From Bdellovibrionales bacterium (lineage in GTDB: Bacteria > Bdellovibrionota > Bdellovibrionia > Bdellovibrionales > JAGQZY01), in contig CAXRHT010000002.1 of the NCBI GenBank assembly GCA_964230645.1, positions 1,248,395-1,312,394 of the forward strand: 64,000 nucleotides of DNA, read 5' to 3'. Of this stretch, positions 8,272 through 17,544 are shown piece after piece (positions within the stretch are counted from its first letter, which is position 1; each line of letters opens with the position of its first letter). The notes under the pieces are model-generated. The model did no database searches and was not told the origin of the DNA. It saw nothing but the letters and a program-made list of their open reading frames with translations. A program made the position numbers and the translations under genes.

Positions 8272-9102
8272 CTATTCGGGCTCTGATAACCCAAGGCCTG
8301 GAGCATACTCCAATACGGCTCCAATACCATAGGCAGCATAAGTCTGGCGAAGTTCCGAATAGATCTCCGAGGTAGAAAGGTTGGCACTAGAATCTGCTTT
8401 TGAATGATTGATGAAATAGATCCATCGGCGACGAACTAAGTACAGCTCTCGGTCCATTCGTCGATCATATTCTATCTGTTCTGAGCTGCCTAAATACTGA
8501 TAAGGTGTTTCTCCTTGAAAGCCTGGAAAAAGGCGCACTTTTTCTTCAGTCCCCTCGAACAATCGATGTTTGTAGGCTCCCGAAGGATCAACCACCACTC
8601 CAAACACTCGTGTTTGTCCAAGCTCCTTCCTGTTTAAAATTTGCTGTAATACATAAGGGGCAGCAAGGTCGTCACGACTGGGGGGATTGGTTATCTTATT
8701 ATCGATATCAATAAAGTCTATAAGGGGTTGTCCCTTTTTAAACACCTCTTGGTCCTCGGCAATTTGTGCTAAGACCGTTTTACGGGGATGGGTATGAGCC
8801 ACGATTAGAAGCGCTTGGCCAGCGTTTCCACCCATATCTTTTAAATAATTCTCAAAAATGGAAACAAGGTGGTTGCCCGATAAACTAACCCTAGCCTCAC
8901 TTGTGGATTTGGGTGTTGGGAAAAACCACCGGCTATTCTCCTCGCCGACTTTTATGTAAAGAGCAAAAGTTTCTTTGGAATCTGTAAGTGAGGCCTGCTG
9001 CAACCGACTTAAACCCTGCCTCCAAGACAAGCTCGATTCGTTTGCTTGAACAAGATATCCTTGCAAGAGCACACAACAGATCAAAAATAGTTTTCTTGGC
9101 AT
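8272..9102 (-). CDS. Secreted hypothetical protein with JAB/MPN-like HTHP...PSxxD motif
   Basis: Signal peptide MPRKLFLICCVLLQGYLVQA. AHTHP (res 102-106) and PPSRDD (res 140-145) resemble a JAMM metal site carrying a ~35-aa insertion. Confidence 0.65.
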   Translation of the reverse strand: MPRKLFLICCVLLQGYLVQANESSLSWRQGLSRLQQASLTDSKETFALYIKVGEENSRWFFPTPKSTSEARVSLSGNHLVSIFENYLKDMGGNAGQALLIVAHTHPRKTVLAQIAEDQEVFKKGQPLIDFIDIDNKITNPPSRDDLAAPYVLQQILNRKELGQTRVFGVVVDPSGAYKHRLFEGTEEKVRLFPGFQGETPYQYLGSSEQIEYDRRMDRELYLVRRRWIYFINHSKADSSANLSTSEIYSELRQTYAAYGIGAVLEYAPGLGLSEPE

Positions 9103-9114
9103 ATGTTCCCGTGG

Positions 9115-9148
9115 GTTAAAATAAAACCCACATCAATGGATGTGGGTT
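9115..9148 (-). terminator. Rho-independent terminator after sigma-54 activator gene
   Basis: Perfect 10-bp stem AACCCACATC/GATGTGGGTT with a 4-nt loop. The minus strand then reads TTATTTTA. Confidence 0.75.
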
Positions 9149-9191
9149 TAGAAAGCTCAAAGGCTTTTTAAAAATGATAAACCTTAAAATA

Positions 9192-10226
9192 TTAGGCTTT
9201 TTTAGGTTTGCTATGAATAGCGAACTTTTCAAACTCTCCGTACTCATGCAACTTGTTATAAAGGGTCTTAATGGTAATTCCCAGTGCATTAGCTGCTTGA
9301 GTTTTGTTTCCTTCGAAATAGTTCAGCGCTTTAATGATGTGGCGCTTTTCTAGCTCATAAAGAGTCATTGAAGGATCGTACTCGTCCATGGAAATTCTGT
9401 TTTCAGGATTTACGATGGAGTTTGGTAGATCACTGGCAAGAATGACTTCGCCATCAGCAAGAATTTGTAACCTTTCACAAAGGTTTTGCAACTCACGAAT
9501 ATTACCTGGCCAATCATATTTCATTATGATGGACATAGCTTCTTCACTCATTTTGCGACCACGATTGAGAATACGGCTGGTGTTCTTAGATAAGAAGTGC
9601 TCCACAAGTAAGGGAATATCTTCTTTTCTTCTTCTTAGGGGCGGTGAGTGAACTGTGATGGTATTGATTCGATAATAAAGGTCTTCTCTGAATGTTCCCT
9701 TCATCACTTCAGCATCTAACTCCCGGTTAGTCGCCGAGATTAAGCGAATATCGACTTTAATGGGCTCTTTTCCACCCACTCGGTAAACTTCACCTTCTTG
9801 GATAAAACGAAGAAGCTTGGCCTGCATACCAGGACTTAGTTCTCCAATTTCATCAAGAAAAAGGGTTCCTCCGGAGGCCATTTCGGCCAGACCGATTTTT
9901 TTAGAGTAAGCACCTGTAAAGGCTCCTTTCTCATGTCCAAATAGTTCACTTTCTAGAAGAGTTTCTCTGAGGGCTCCACAGTTGATTGCCACAAAGGGCT
10001 TGTCTCGACGCTGACTTTTAGAGTGAATGGCATGGGCTAAAAGCTCTTTTCCGGTTCCGCTTTCACCTAAAACAAGGACGGAAGCATTACTCGGGGCCAC
10101 CCGGTCAACCATCCTCATGACCTGTTTCATCAGGTCCGATTTGTGAATAACTTTATTTCCCGCTAAAATGGGATTCGAGGCGCCACCAGTTATTTGCTGA
10201 CCGCCTGGAAAAGTTGAATTTGACAT
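9192..10226 (-). CDS. Sigma-54-dependent transcriptional activator (AAA+ plus Fis-type HTH, no receiver/sensor domain)
   Basis: GESGTGKE Walker A, GAFTGA loop (EKGAFTGA), C-terminal [26 protein letters not shown] 10226 follows GAGGTGG, so I prefer it to GTG 10235. Confidence 0.9.
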   Translation of the reverse strand: MSNSTFPGGQQITGGASNPILAGNKVIHKSDLMKQVMRMVDRVAPSNASVLVLGESGTGKELLAHAIHSKSQRRDKPFVAINCGALRETLLESELFGHEKGAFTGAYSKKIGLAEMASGGTLFLDEIGELSPGMQAKLLRFIQEGEVYRVGGKEPIKVDIRLISATNRELDAEVMKGTFREDLYYRINTITVHSPPLRRRKEDIPLLVEHFLSKNTSRILNRGRKMSEEAMSIIMKYDWPGNIRELQNLCERLQILADGEVILASDLPNSIVNPENRISMDEYDPSMTLYELEKRHIIKALNYFEGNKTQAANALGITIKTLYNKLHEYGEFEKFAIHSKPKKA

Positions 10227-10363
10227 ACGTTCCACCTCATTTGTTTTATTATGATACGCTGTATCAATTTGACACGAAGTATAAGTGCGGCGCGTAAAAA
10301 ATGCAAGAAAAAATTATATTTTTTTTGCAGCTTTTTCATAAGGTCGAAATTAGAGGGGTTAGA

Positions 10364-11293
10364 GTGAAAATCCCACTCCCAGAATATATATGTAAATACT
10401 TGAAATACAATGACTTTCATAAAGGTTTGTCTCGTCATTCACTCAGAGCTTACGCCAGTGATTTGCTGCAAGTTTTTCAACTTTCGGACGATTGTACTTT
10501 TTACGGTCCCCTCTTAAATGGTGAGCCCGACTATGGGTTCAGCTCAAAAAATAAGCACTCAGAAGTCGAACAATTCTGGGCCGAACAGGTTCAAAATAGC
10601 CTGAGAAGCTGGGACAAGCTCTCTGCCCGCAGCCGAAAAAGAAAGATCTCAAGCCTGAAGGGCTTTCTCGATTGGCTAAAATCCTATGAGAAAATAGTGA
10701 TCCCTCTACCGGAGTTTCATACCGGTAAGATCGCAATGAAAGTTCCCAATTTTCTGTCTGTGGACGAGTGCTTGAGTTTAGTTCACTATTTAAAAAATCA
10801 AAAAACAGACTCAGAGGAAATTCGAAGACAACGCCTTCTCTTCTTTCTTCTTTATGGCTGTGGGTTGCGTGTATCAGAGGCCTGCTCGCTCAAGTGGAGT
10901 GATCTCTCCCGTTCAAGAGGAGCCCTGAGAATTTTAGGAAAAGGCAATCGCGAAAGATGGGCTATTGTCCCCAAACCGACATTAGGTGTGCTTGAAAAAT
11001 ATTACCGCGATGAAGACACCTATGTTTTTGGTAAGAAAGCCTTGTCCACAAGAACGGCTTACGAAGACATTCGAAATTTGGGAAAAAAAGCAGGGCTTTT
11101 TAAACCGATTCACCCTCACGCTCTCAGGCACAGTTACGCCACCCATTTACTCTCTAGTGGGTCCGACCTACGGGTTTTACAACAGCTTCTCGGTCATCAA
11201 AGCTTAGGTGCCACCGAGCTTTACACTCACCTAGATATTGACTCTTTAGCTCGCTCTATGGAACAACATCACCCACTATCAAAAAAATCTTAA
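10364..11293 (+). CDS. Tyrosine recombinase, XerC/XerD family
   Basis: Catalytic region ...HPHALRHSYATHLL...LLGHQSLGATELYTH. GTG 10364 has GAGGGG 5 nt upstream. ATG 10301 is an alternative start. Confidence 0.85.
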   Translation: MKIPLPEYICKYLKYNDFHKGLSRHSLRAYASDLLQVFQLSDDCTFYGPLLNGEPDYGFSSKNKHSEVEQFWAEQVQNSLRSWDKLSARSRKRKISSLKGFLDWLKSYEKIVIPLPEFHTGKIAMKVPNFLSVDECLSLVHYLKNQKTDSEEIRRQRLLFFLLYGCGLRVSEACSLKWSDLSRSRGALRILGKGNRERWAIVPKPTLGVLEKYYRDEDTYVFGKKALSTRTAYEDIRNLGKKAGLFKPIHPHALRHSYATHLLSSGSDLRVLQQLLGHQSLGATELYTHLDIDSLARSMEQHHPLSKKS

Positions 11294-11305
11294 TGGGAGT
11301 GCAGG

Positions 11306-11842
11306 ATGAAAAAGGTCGTCTTTTTTGATCGGGATGGAACTTTAATATATGACAAAATTTACCTCAATGACCCCGACCAAATTGAATACCTCCCGAATGT
11401 CTTTGAAGGCGTGAAGCGTTTACGTGACCACGGTTTTGAATTTGTTATTGTAACGAATCAGTCGGGAGTTCCCCGTGGACTTGTCGAGGTTGAAAATTTA
11501 AAAAAAATCCATCAAATCATTCGATCAGACTTTGCCAAACATGGTGTTGATATCCTTAACTTTTACTACGCTCCCTTTTTAGTCGAATCCAATCATCATT
11601 GGAGAAAACCAAACCCAGGTATGCTCGAAGCTGGTATTCGCGACTATAATATTAACCCAGAAAAGTCTTGGATGGTGGGTGATCGAATGACAGATGTCGA
11701 AGCTGGACGCAGGGCTGGAGTTCAAAATGTGTTTCTTTATGGGACAGAGGATCCCGCCGAGTCTCCATTTGAACGAACCACTTTTGAGGCTAAAAACTTT
11801 AGCGAAGTCTGTGATCTTATTATTGAGAACTCAAAAGACTAG
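11306..11842 (+). CDS. gmhB: D,D-heptose 1,7-bisphosphate phosphatase (HAD-IIIA)
   Basis: FFDRDGTL, VTNQSGVPRG, RKPNPGM and MVGDRMTDVEAG motifs. Confidence 0.75.
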   Translation: MKKVVFFDRDGTLIYDKIYLNDPDQIEYLPNVFEGVKRLRDHGFEFVIVTNQSGVPRGLVEVENLKKIHQIIRSDFAKHGVDILNFYYAPFLVESNHHWRKPNPGMLEAGIRDYNINPEKSWMVGDRMTDVEAGRRAGVQNVFLYGTEDPAESPFERTTFEAKNFSEVCDLIIENSKD

Positions 11843-11944
11843 AGGGGACTCGTTTAATCGCCTTCCCTTAGCCCCTTTCTCTATTTTTTAGAACGGATGC
11901 TCGTTTTCAAAGCGTCTTAATATAGAGCAAATCAATTAAATCCT

Positions 11945-11971
11945 TTAAGTTAAGTTCCAATACACCGATAA
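11945..11971 (+). promoter_or_regulatory. Candidate sigma-28-type promoter upstream of FecR-like gene
   Basis: TTAAGTTA-N11-ACCGATAA, 34 nt upstream of ATG 12006, which has a GAGGAG RBS. Confidence 0.4.
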
Positions 11972-12005
11972 AAAGTGGTAGGAAAACGCATATTTCGAGG
12001 AGCCT

Positions 12006-13034
12006 ATGATTCGCTTTTTATTTATTCCTTTAATCTTTTTTCTCTTAAGTTCTCAGTCCTATGGAGCCGACTGTGGTCAGTTCAAGGTGGTTAAGGGAAA
12101 GGTGACCTTTCAGAAAAAGGGGCGCAAGCGTTTTCGAAAAGCCCGTATCAATAAAAAAGTCTGCCAAGGTGACAAGGTCAAAACCGAAACCGATTCTCGT
12201 GCCAAAATTGTTATGGCCGACCAAAACGAGATTAATATTTCTCCGCAGACAGAGCTTCTCATTGAGGTTTATGAAAAAGATCAAAAAGCAGTCCTCAATG
12301 TCCTCAATGGTAAGGTTCGCTCTAATGTAAAAAGGAAATATAAAGATGATGAGGACAATCACTACCGTGTAAAAACCAAGAGTGCCGTCGCTGGAGTTCG
12401 GGGAACCGAGTTTTTGGCAAGCTTTTCACGAGCGACCAACGAATCAAAAATTGTGACCTTTGAAGGAATCGTTAAAGTTGGAAGATTGCAAGGCCGCCGC
12501 ATTGTCGGAAGTGTGTTGGTTAAACCAGGCCACTTTACCTCCAATCGCGTGGGAAAGAATCCGCATCCGGCTAGGGAGATTCCTATTCAAGAGCTCTCGC
12601 AAATGGATCAGGAGACCAACCTTTTAGACACCCCTCGCGACGTTTCTAGTGATAGCGCGGGTGAGACTATTGATAGTAACGAAGAGGCGACACCAGAAAA
12701 CGGTGACAACAGTGGCAGTAAAAAGCCTAAACAAAGACAACCTGACTCGACCCAGCCTGATAGTGATGGCAACCTGGAATCTGGAGACTCTCGAGCTAAC
12801 AGAGGTGGACAAGCAAATACTAGAAAGCCTGATAGCATGCCTAATAAATTACCTCCTCCTGATCTTTCAATGAACGGACCAGAGCAAGGGCCCATTGATA
12901 TACCGAAAGCCCCAAGTATGATGATGCCGCCTCCTCCACCGATGATGGACGATACCATCTGCCAAAACTGCAAAGATCCGTTGATGAACCAGAAGGTGAA
13001 TCTAACGATTGTCCCCAGACTTCCGGGGCAATAG
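12006..13034 (+). CDS. Secreted FecR-domain protein with Pro-rich C-terminal tail
   Basis: Signal peptide. FecR-like pattern (KGKVTF...VCQGDKVKTETDSRAKIVMADQNEINISPQTEL...AGVRGTEF). C-terminal low-complexity PPPPPMM region. Confidence 0.75.
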   Translation: MIRFLFIPLIFFLLSSQSYGADCGQFKVVKGKVTFQKKGRKRFRKARINKKVCQGDKVKTETDSRAKIVMADQNEINISPQTELLIEVYEKDQKAVLNVLNGKVRSNVKRKYKDDEDNHYRVKTKSAVAGVRGTEFLASFSRATNESKIVTFEGIVKVGRLQGRRIVGSVLVKPGHFTSNRVGKNPHPAREIPIQELSQMDQETNLLDTPRDVSSDSAGETIDSNEEATPENGDNSGSKKPKQRQPDSTQPDSDGNLESGDSRANRGGQANTRKPDSMPNKLPPPDLSMNGPEQGPIDIPKAPSMMMPPPPPMMDDTICQNCKDPLMNQKVNLTIVPRLPGQ

Positions 13035-13054
13035 ATAATAAAAATTTTTAAACT

Positions 13055-13092
13055 AAAAAGCCAAGGCCTAGGTCTTGGCTTTTTTATTTTTT
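13055..13092 (+). terminator. Rho-independent terminator
   Basis: AGCCAAG-gcctaggt-CTTGGCT followed by TTTTTATTTTTT. Confidence 0.8.
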
Positions 13093-13189
13093 ATCTCCCG
13101 AACGAGTGTCTTTTTCACTTATCTTTTGCCCAGTCCCTCTCAAGCTTTGATTGTCTCAAAGTATTGAAGCCTTTAGACTATTTATATTA

Positions 13190-13455
13190 TTCGTCACTGC
13201 TGTCTGGTGGACTTTGAGCTGCTGGTCAAAAGCTTGTCGTCTTTAGTTAAGCGAAAGACCTAAGATCCTTCGCTGCGCTCAGGATGACATTGGCTAGGAT
13301 GCTGGGTGGGACACTGGGTGAAGCGCAGGTAAAAAGATCCTTCGCTACGCTTCAGGATGACATTGGCTAGGAAATTGGCCAGGACACTGGGTGGGACACT
13401 GGGTGAAACGCGGGAAAAAAGATCCTTCGCTGCGCTCAGGATGACATTTGGTGAA
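13190..13455. repeat. Intergenic repeat element with three tandem cores, related to the element at 28030..28188
   Basis: Left end is TTCGTCACTGCTGTCT. The core AAGATCCTTCGCT(G/A)CGCT(T)CAGGATGACATTGG occurs at 13262, 13334 and 13419, with GGGTGGGACACTGGGTGAA spacers also repeated. It ends ~18 nt before ATG 13473. Confidence 0.7.
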
Positions 13456-13472
13456 GTGAAAGGGGCCTCTTC

Positions 13473-15602
13473 ATGAATCAACAATTTTTCTTACTGTTTT
13501 TGCTTCTCGTTTCTCTACCCGGCTGGACTCAAGGCGGACGCTTTCATGTCTACAAAGAAGACTCAAAGAAGAGAGCCCAAATCAGAAATTCTCGTAAACT
13601 TGAAGTTTTCTATGAAAAGCTCTCGTGGAATCAAAAAAGCACTGAAATCGAGTCCGGCTATCTTTATTTAAAAGACCGTAAAACAGGAAAAGTCATCGAG
13701 ATGAAACTGAGTGAAACTCAACCAGACTCAGGTGTCTTTAATATCGAATATCCAATTGGTGTGTTGAAATTGAAAACGATCGAAGCGGAGATTTACTCGC
13801 CTCCTCAAGGCATGCTTAAAGACGATGGACGACTGAGTATGGCTGAAAACCTGATTGAGGATGGTTCTGTTAAACGAAAACCTTTTCTTCTCAGGGTTTT
13901 ACGTCAGCGCGGTCAAATCGTCGATGTCTTTGACGATAAGGAAAAAGCACTGGCCGCCTTTGAAAGATACAAAGAAGAAATGGGAATTGATAAAGACAGT
14001 GTTGAGAGTGAAAGTATTATTGAAGTGGCCAATAAAGATAAGCCCGAGAGAACGAAAGTTGTCGATTCCTCCACACTACAATCTATGTTTCTCGCTAATG
14101 AAAATGACTTGGAAGCCACTAATGAAAAAAACAAAGAGCTTCGTGAGGTACTAAGAAATCTTGAGTTAAAGCGCAGGAAAACCATAGAAGAAAATGCAAA
14201 GCTGTGGAGCTCGGCTCAGGAAAAAGCCAATGCTAAAGAGGCCAATGATCTTATCGGAAAAGGAGTGGCCCAACTCAATAACACCAACTATGAAGAGTCC
14301 ATGGAGGCCTTTCTTAAAGCTTCCGACCTTGACCCCGATGATGAGGATATTTATGAGCAGTATGGTATTTCTCTTTATCGATTGAAAAAATACAATCAGG
14401 CGATTGTTGTTTTAGATATTTCCAAACCCACAGCCGAACGCGTTGATGAAAAGAATTATTACATAGGCATGTCCTACTTTCAGCTCAAAGACTATGGCAA
14501 TGCTGTCGCCTCTCTTGAAAAAGTGATTCAAAATAAAAACGAAGCTTTCGGACCAACTGCCGCCTTCTATAAGGGTTTAAGTCTTATAGAATTACAAAAA
14601 TACGATGAAGCGAAGCTTGCCTTCCAGTATGTTTTAGATCATTCAAAAAATCCTGAAATGGATAAAAGAGCGGAAAGCTATATTGAGTACACCCTGGACC
14701 GCAAATCCATTGCCGAGAAGCAGTCTCATTGGTTTTTTATGGATGGCGTGCTTGGCTTAATGTATGACTCCAATATTGTTTTAGCCAGAGACCAAGCCAG
14801 GGAATTGGGACTGGTTACCAATGAAGAGGGTTTTCGTGGTTTAGTGCAGCTCTCCCCTCGCTTGCGCCCTTATTATTCGAATTCGGATGAGATCAACATT
14901 CGCTTTGATTTCACAATGTTGCAGAGCCGTGATGAGGATTTTTCAACCAATGCCGTTGCTGAAACGGCTGATCCTATTATCATGAGCCTGTCAGTTCCTT
15001 GGACCCATAGGGGCAGCCTTGATGGTAAAGGCTACTTTTTTGACCTAGCTCCCGCCTATGAGCAGATCATCATGGATTTAGATGGCACAGGTAATGCCAC
15101 AATCACCAATTCAATCAAACTACGATTTGATAACACTTTAGTAATAAGTAAAAGTTGGATTGCTAAGGGTGATTGGTTTTTCGCACAAAATGATTCTAAC
15201 ATTCTGGGAGACGAGACCAGTGCGGACTCTTTCTCTGGAGGGCTGAGGCTTTCAAGCATTTTTGTACTTAATAAAGATGCTGAGAGATATATTATCCCCG
15301 AATTTTCCTATCAAATTAATGACGCCAAAGCGGCGATCTACCATTTTAACCGTGTGGATATCGCTACTACCTTCACAACCGGAGTCTTTGCAGGCTTTAT
15401 TTGGAATTCAAGAGCCGGTTACTACTTGGCCAACTACGAGAGCCGGCGAACGGATAATAACTACACTCTTTCGACCGGTCTTACTAAACGCTTGAACTCC
15501 CATTGGAACTGGGGAATCAACGGTTCTTATATAATCAATGATTCCAATACGAACTACTACAATAAGCACAATATTGTGACGACATTCTCTTTTTCTTACT
15601 AA
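13473..15602 (+). CDS. Secreted TPR-repeat protein with C-terminal beta-barrel-like domain
   Basis: Signal peptide MNQQFFLLFLLLVSLPGWTQG. TPR-like repeats around res 260-400. The beta-rich C-terminal half ends ...VTTFSFSY. Confidence 0.8.
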   Translation: MNQQFFLLFLLLVSLPGWTQGGRFHVYKEDSKKRAQIRNSRKLEVFYEKLSWNQKSTEIESGYLYLKDRKTGKVIEMKLSETQPDSGVFNIEYPIGVLKLKTIEAEIYSPPQGMLKDDGRLSMAENLIEDGSVKRKPFLLRVLRQRGQIVDVFDDKEKALAAFERYKEEMGIDKDSVESESIIEVANKDKPERTKVVDSSTLQSMFLANENDLEATNEKNKELREVLRNLELKRRKTIEENAKLWSSAQEKANAKEANDLIGKGVAQLNNTNYEESMEAFLKASDLDPDDEDIYEQYGISLYRLKKYNQAIVVLDISKPTAERVDEKNYYIGMSYFQLKDYGNAVASLEKVIQNKNEAFGPTAAFYKGLSLIELQKYDEAKLAFQYVLDHSKNPEMDKRAESYIEYTLDRKSIAEKQSHWFFMDGVLGLMYDSNIVLARDQARELGLVTNEEGFRGLVQLSPRLRPYYSNSDEINIRFDFTMLQSRDEDFSTNAVAETADPIIMSLSVPWTHRGSLDGKGYFFDLAPAYEQIIMDLDGTGNATITNSIKLRFDNTLVISKSWIAKGDWFFAQNDSNILGDETSADSFSGGLRLSSIFVLNKDAERYIIPEFSYQINDAKAAIYHFNRVDIATTFTTGVFAGFIWNSRAGYYLANYESRRTDNNYTLSTGLTKRLNSHWNWGINGSYIINDSNTNYYNKHNIVTTFSFSY

Positions 15603-15611
15603 AGGAGACTG

Positions 15612-16214
15612 TTAGAAACTTTCAAACTCTTCTCTGAGGGTTAGATCCATCTCTCTGAGGAGATTTTTAGTCTTTTGATCAATAAAATTAAACTCATCGT
15701 CTGTTAAATGGATCTTGTGGTTTTCACTCACTGGTCTTGCAATGAATTCATTGCTGTCTTCATTAAGGTCAAGAAAGCCGAGATAGTAAAGAAACTTGAT
15801 CTCAAAATGAAGTTTTAAATGCAGTGGGTTTTCAGTCGTCTCTAAGGTTTTTAGGCTATTTCCGAGGAGATCAAAAAGCCTACGGTTGTCACCTAGCCCT
15901 TCTCTTGTACCCTTAGAGATTAACTTCAAAAAATGAAAAGCCCATTGCAGTTTCTGGTAATTTTTTCGAAGCTCCGGAAAGCCTTCAATAACCTTAGCCT
16001 CTTGTATATAAAAGAAACCCGCTTTTGATTCTGTATAAAAAATCTCCACGAAATTGATAGGCTCTAGCACTCCCCCACTGAATCTTCTTTTGCTTTTCAA
16101 TGCATTTTTGGCTGTAAAAACCCACTTTTCTCCCTCTTTACTGATGGCGTCGATCAATAAATCGGAGTCATTAAAGGGCTTCGCACGAAGATTGATAAAT
16201 TTACCAGATGGCAT
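15612..16214 (-). CDS. recO: DNA repair protein RecO (short form)
   Basis: N-terminal OB-fold pattern ...LRAKPFNDSDLLIDAISKEGEKWVFTAKNALKSKRRFSGGVLEPINF is typical of RecO. Confidence 0.65.
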   Translation of the reverse strand: MPSGKFINLRAKPFNDSDLLIDAISKEGEKWVFTAKNALKSKRRFSGGVLEPINFVEIFYTESKAGFFYIQEAKVIEGFPELRKNYQKLQWAFHFLKLISKGTREGLGDNRRLFDLLGNSLKTLETTENPLHLKLHFEIKFLYYLGFLDLNEDSNEFIARPVSENHKIHLTDDEFNFIDQKTKNLLREMDLTLREEFESF

Positions 16215-17541
16215 AATAGAAAACGAGAATAAGGACAGAGAAAATGTTCGAGACGATCAAAGAAATCGATGGCCCCGAGACGATCGGATCAAAGCGCAAC
16301 CGACTGATAAGAAGTGGAATGGCCATTGAAACTAGAAGAGTGGCGAGCAATTGGATCGCTAATACAGCGCCTAAAATTGAGGGCACCTGCATCCACTCCC
16401 CTGTTGAAACACTCCCTAACACGAACAGAAGACTCATAAAGGCCAGAAGACTCAGTCCAATTAAAAATTCTTTTTTTAATAAGGCCAGGGACTTTTGAGT
16501 GGAGGTGGCATGAATTCGTAAAAGAGAGATAATCATCGTTACCGTTTGGCTAGAGGAGGTTGATACCAAAAAGAAAGCCAAAGGCAGTAAGCAAATCGCA
16601 TTGTTTAATACGGGTTCAAGCTCGAAGGGCTTAAGTGTTGTCCAAAGAAGGAAAAAACAGATGGCTCCACCAAAACCAGCCAATAAAAGCCAAGGTAAAC
16701 GCGCTTGAAGGTGTACCCAATAAGACTCCTCCAAGTCCGCCCCTCCCATTCCGAGAGCTTGGATATCCTCTGCCGCCTCTTCCCTAATAACATCGATCAC
16801 GTCATCAACAGTGATCACTCCGACAAGATCGTTGTTTTCATCAATTACCGGAAGAGAGAGGAAGTCATATTTTTCAACCACACGCGCCACCTCGTTCTGG
16901 CTCGTGGTCAGATCCACAGAGATAACATCAGTAGACATGATGTCCTTGAGTCGATCTTGAGGACGAGAGAGGAGAAGCTGCTTAAGGCTTAGCACTCCCA
17001 CAAGGCGAGAGGTCTCAGTGATCACGTAAATATAAAAAGAAATTAGATCCTCATCCATGGTTTGAATTTTTTGAATGGATTCGCTGACAGTGAGGGACTC
17101 TTCGATGGTGAGGTATTCTGAACTCATCAGTCCACCGGCGGAATCCTCAGGGTAGCTCATGAGTTCCTCAACATCTTGGAGCTCATCTTTTTTAAGGCCA
17201 CTTAAGACTTTTTGAGAAAGTTCATCGGGAAGGTGACCAAGAAGGTCGGCGGCATCATCGCTGTCCATAATTCCCAAAAGCTTTTGAAGTTTGGACACTT
17301 CATAAATTTCGGCAATTTCTAATTGGTATTTTTTGTTCAAATGGCTGAGAATTTCGGCCTGGCGTTCTGGATCAGAGATCAATTGAAAAACGGAGATTCG
17401 CCCTTCTGTATCAAGAACCTCAAGTACACTGGCCACGTCGGCATCGTGAGTCTTATTGATAATCCTTCGGATGTTTCTCTCGGCTCCCCGTCTCTGTAAC
17501 TTGATAATGCTGTTGGCGAGAAGTTTCGTTCGCTGATCCAT
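16201..17541 (-). CDS. mgtE: Magnesium transporter MgtE
   Basis: MgtE N-domain, tandem CBS pair (res ~150-270) and C-terminal multi-TM MgtE channel domain. Confidence 0.9.
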   Translation of the reverse strand: MDQRTKLLANSIIKLQRRGAERNIRRIINKTHDADVASVLEVLDTEGRISVFQLISDPERQAEILSHLNKKYQLEIAEIYEVSKLQKLLGIMDSDDAADLLGHLPDELSQKVLSGLKKDELQDVEELMSYPEDSAGGLMSSEYLTIEESLTVSESIQKIQTMDEDLISFYIYVITETSRLVGVLSLKQLLLSRPQDRLKDIMSTDVISVDLTTSQNEVARVVEKYDFLSLPVIDENNDLVGVITVDDVIDVIREEAAEDIQALGMGGADLEESYWVHLQARLPWLLLAGFGGAICFFLLWTTLKPFELEPVLNNAICLLPLAFFLVSTSSSQTVTMIISLLRIHATSTQKSLALLKKEFLIGLSLLAFMSLLFVLGSVSTGEWMQVPSILGAVLAIQLLATLLVSMAIPLLISRLRFDPIVSGPSISLIVSNIFSVLILVFYYAIW

Positions 17542-17544
17542 GGT

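Noticed and set aside
13262-13455. Possible CRISPR array (three ~30-nt repeats with ~45-50-nt spacing)
   Set aside because: The 'spacers' are themselves repeated (GGGACACTGGGTGAA). The repeats are imperfect. There are only three copies, no cas genes, and a related single copy lies inside a TIR-bounded element at 28 kb.
13260-13484. 74-aa minus-strand ORF (…HPERSEGS)
   Set aside because: It is composed entirely of the intergenic tandem repeat cores, and the peptide itself is internally repetitive. It is an artefact of the repeat element.
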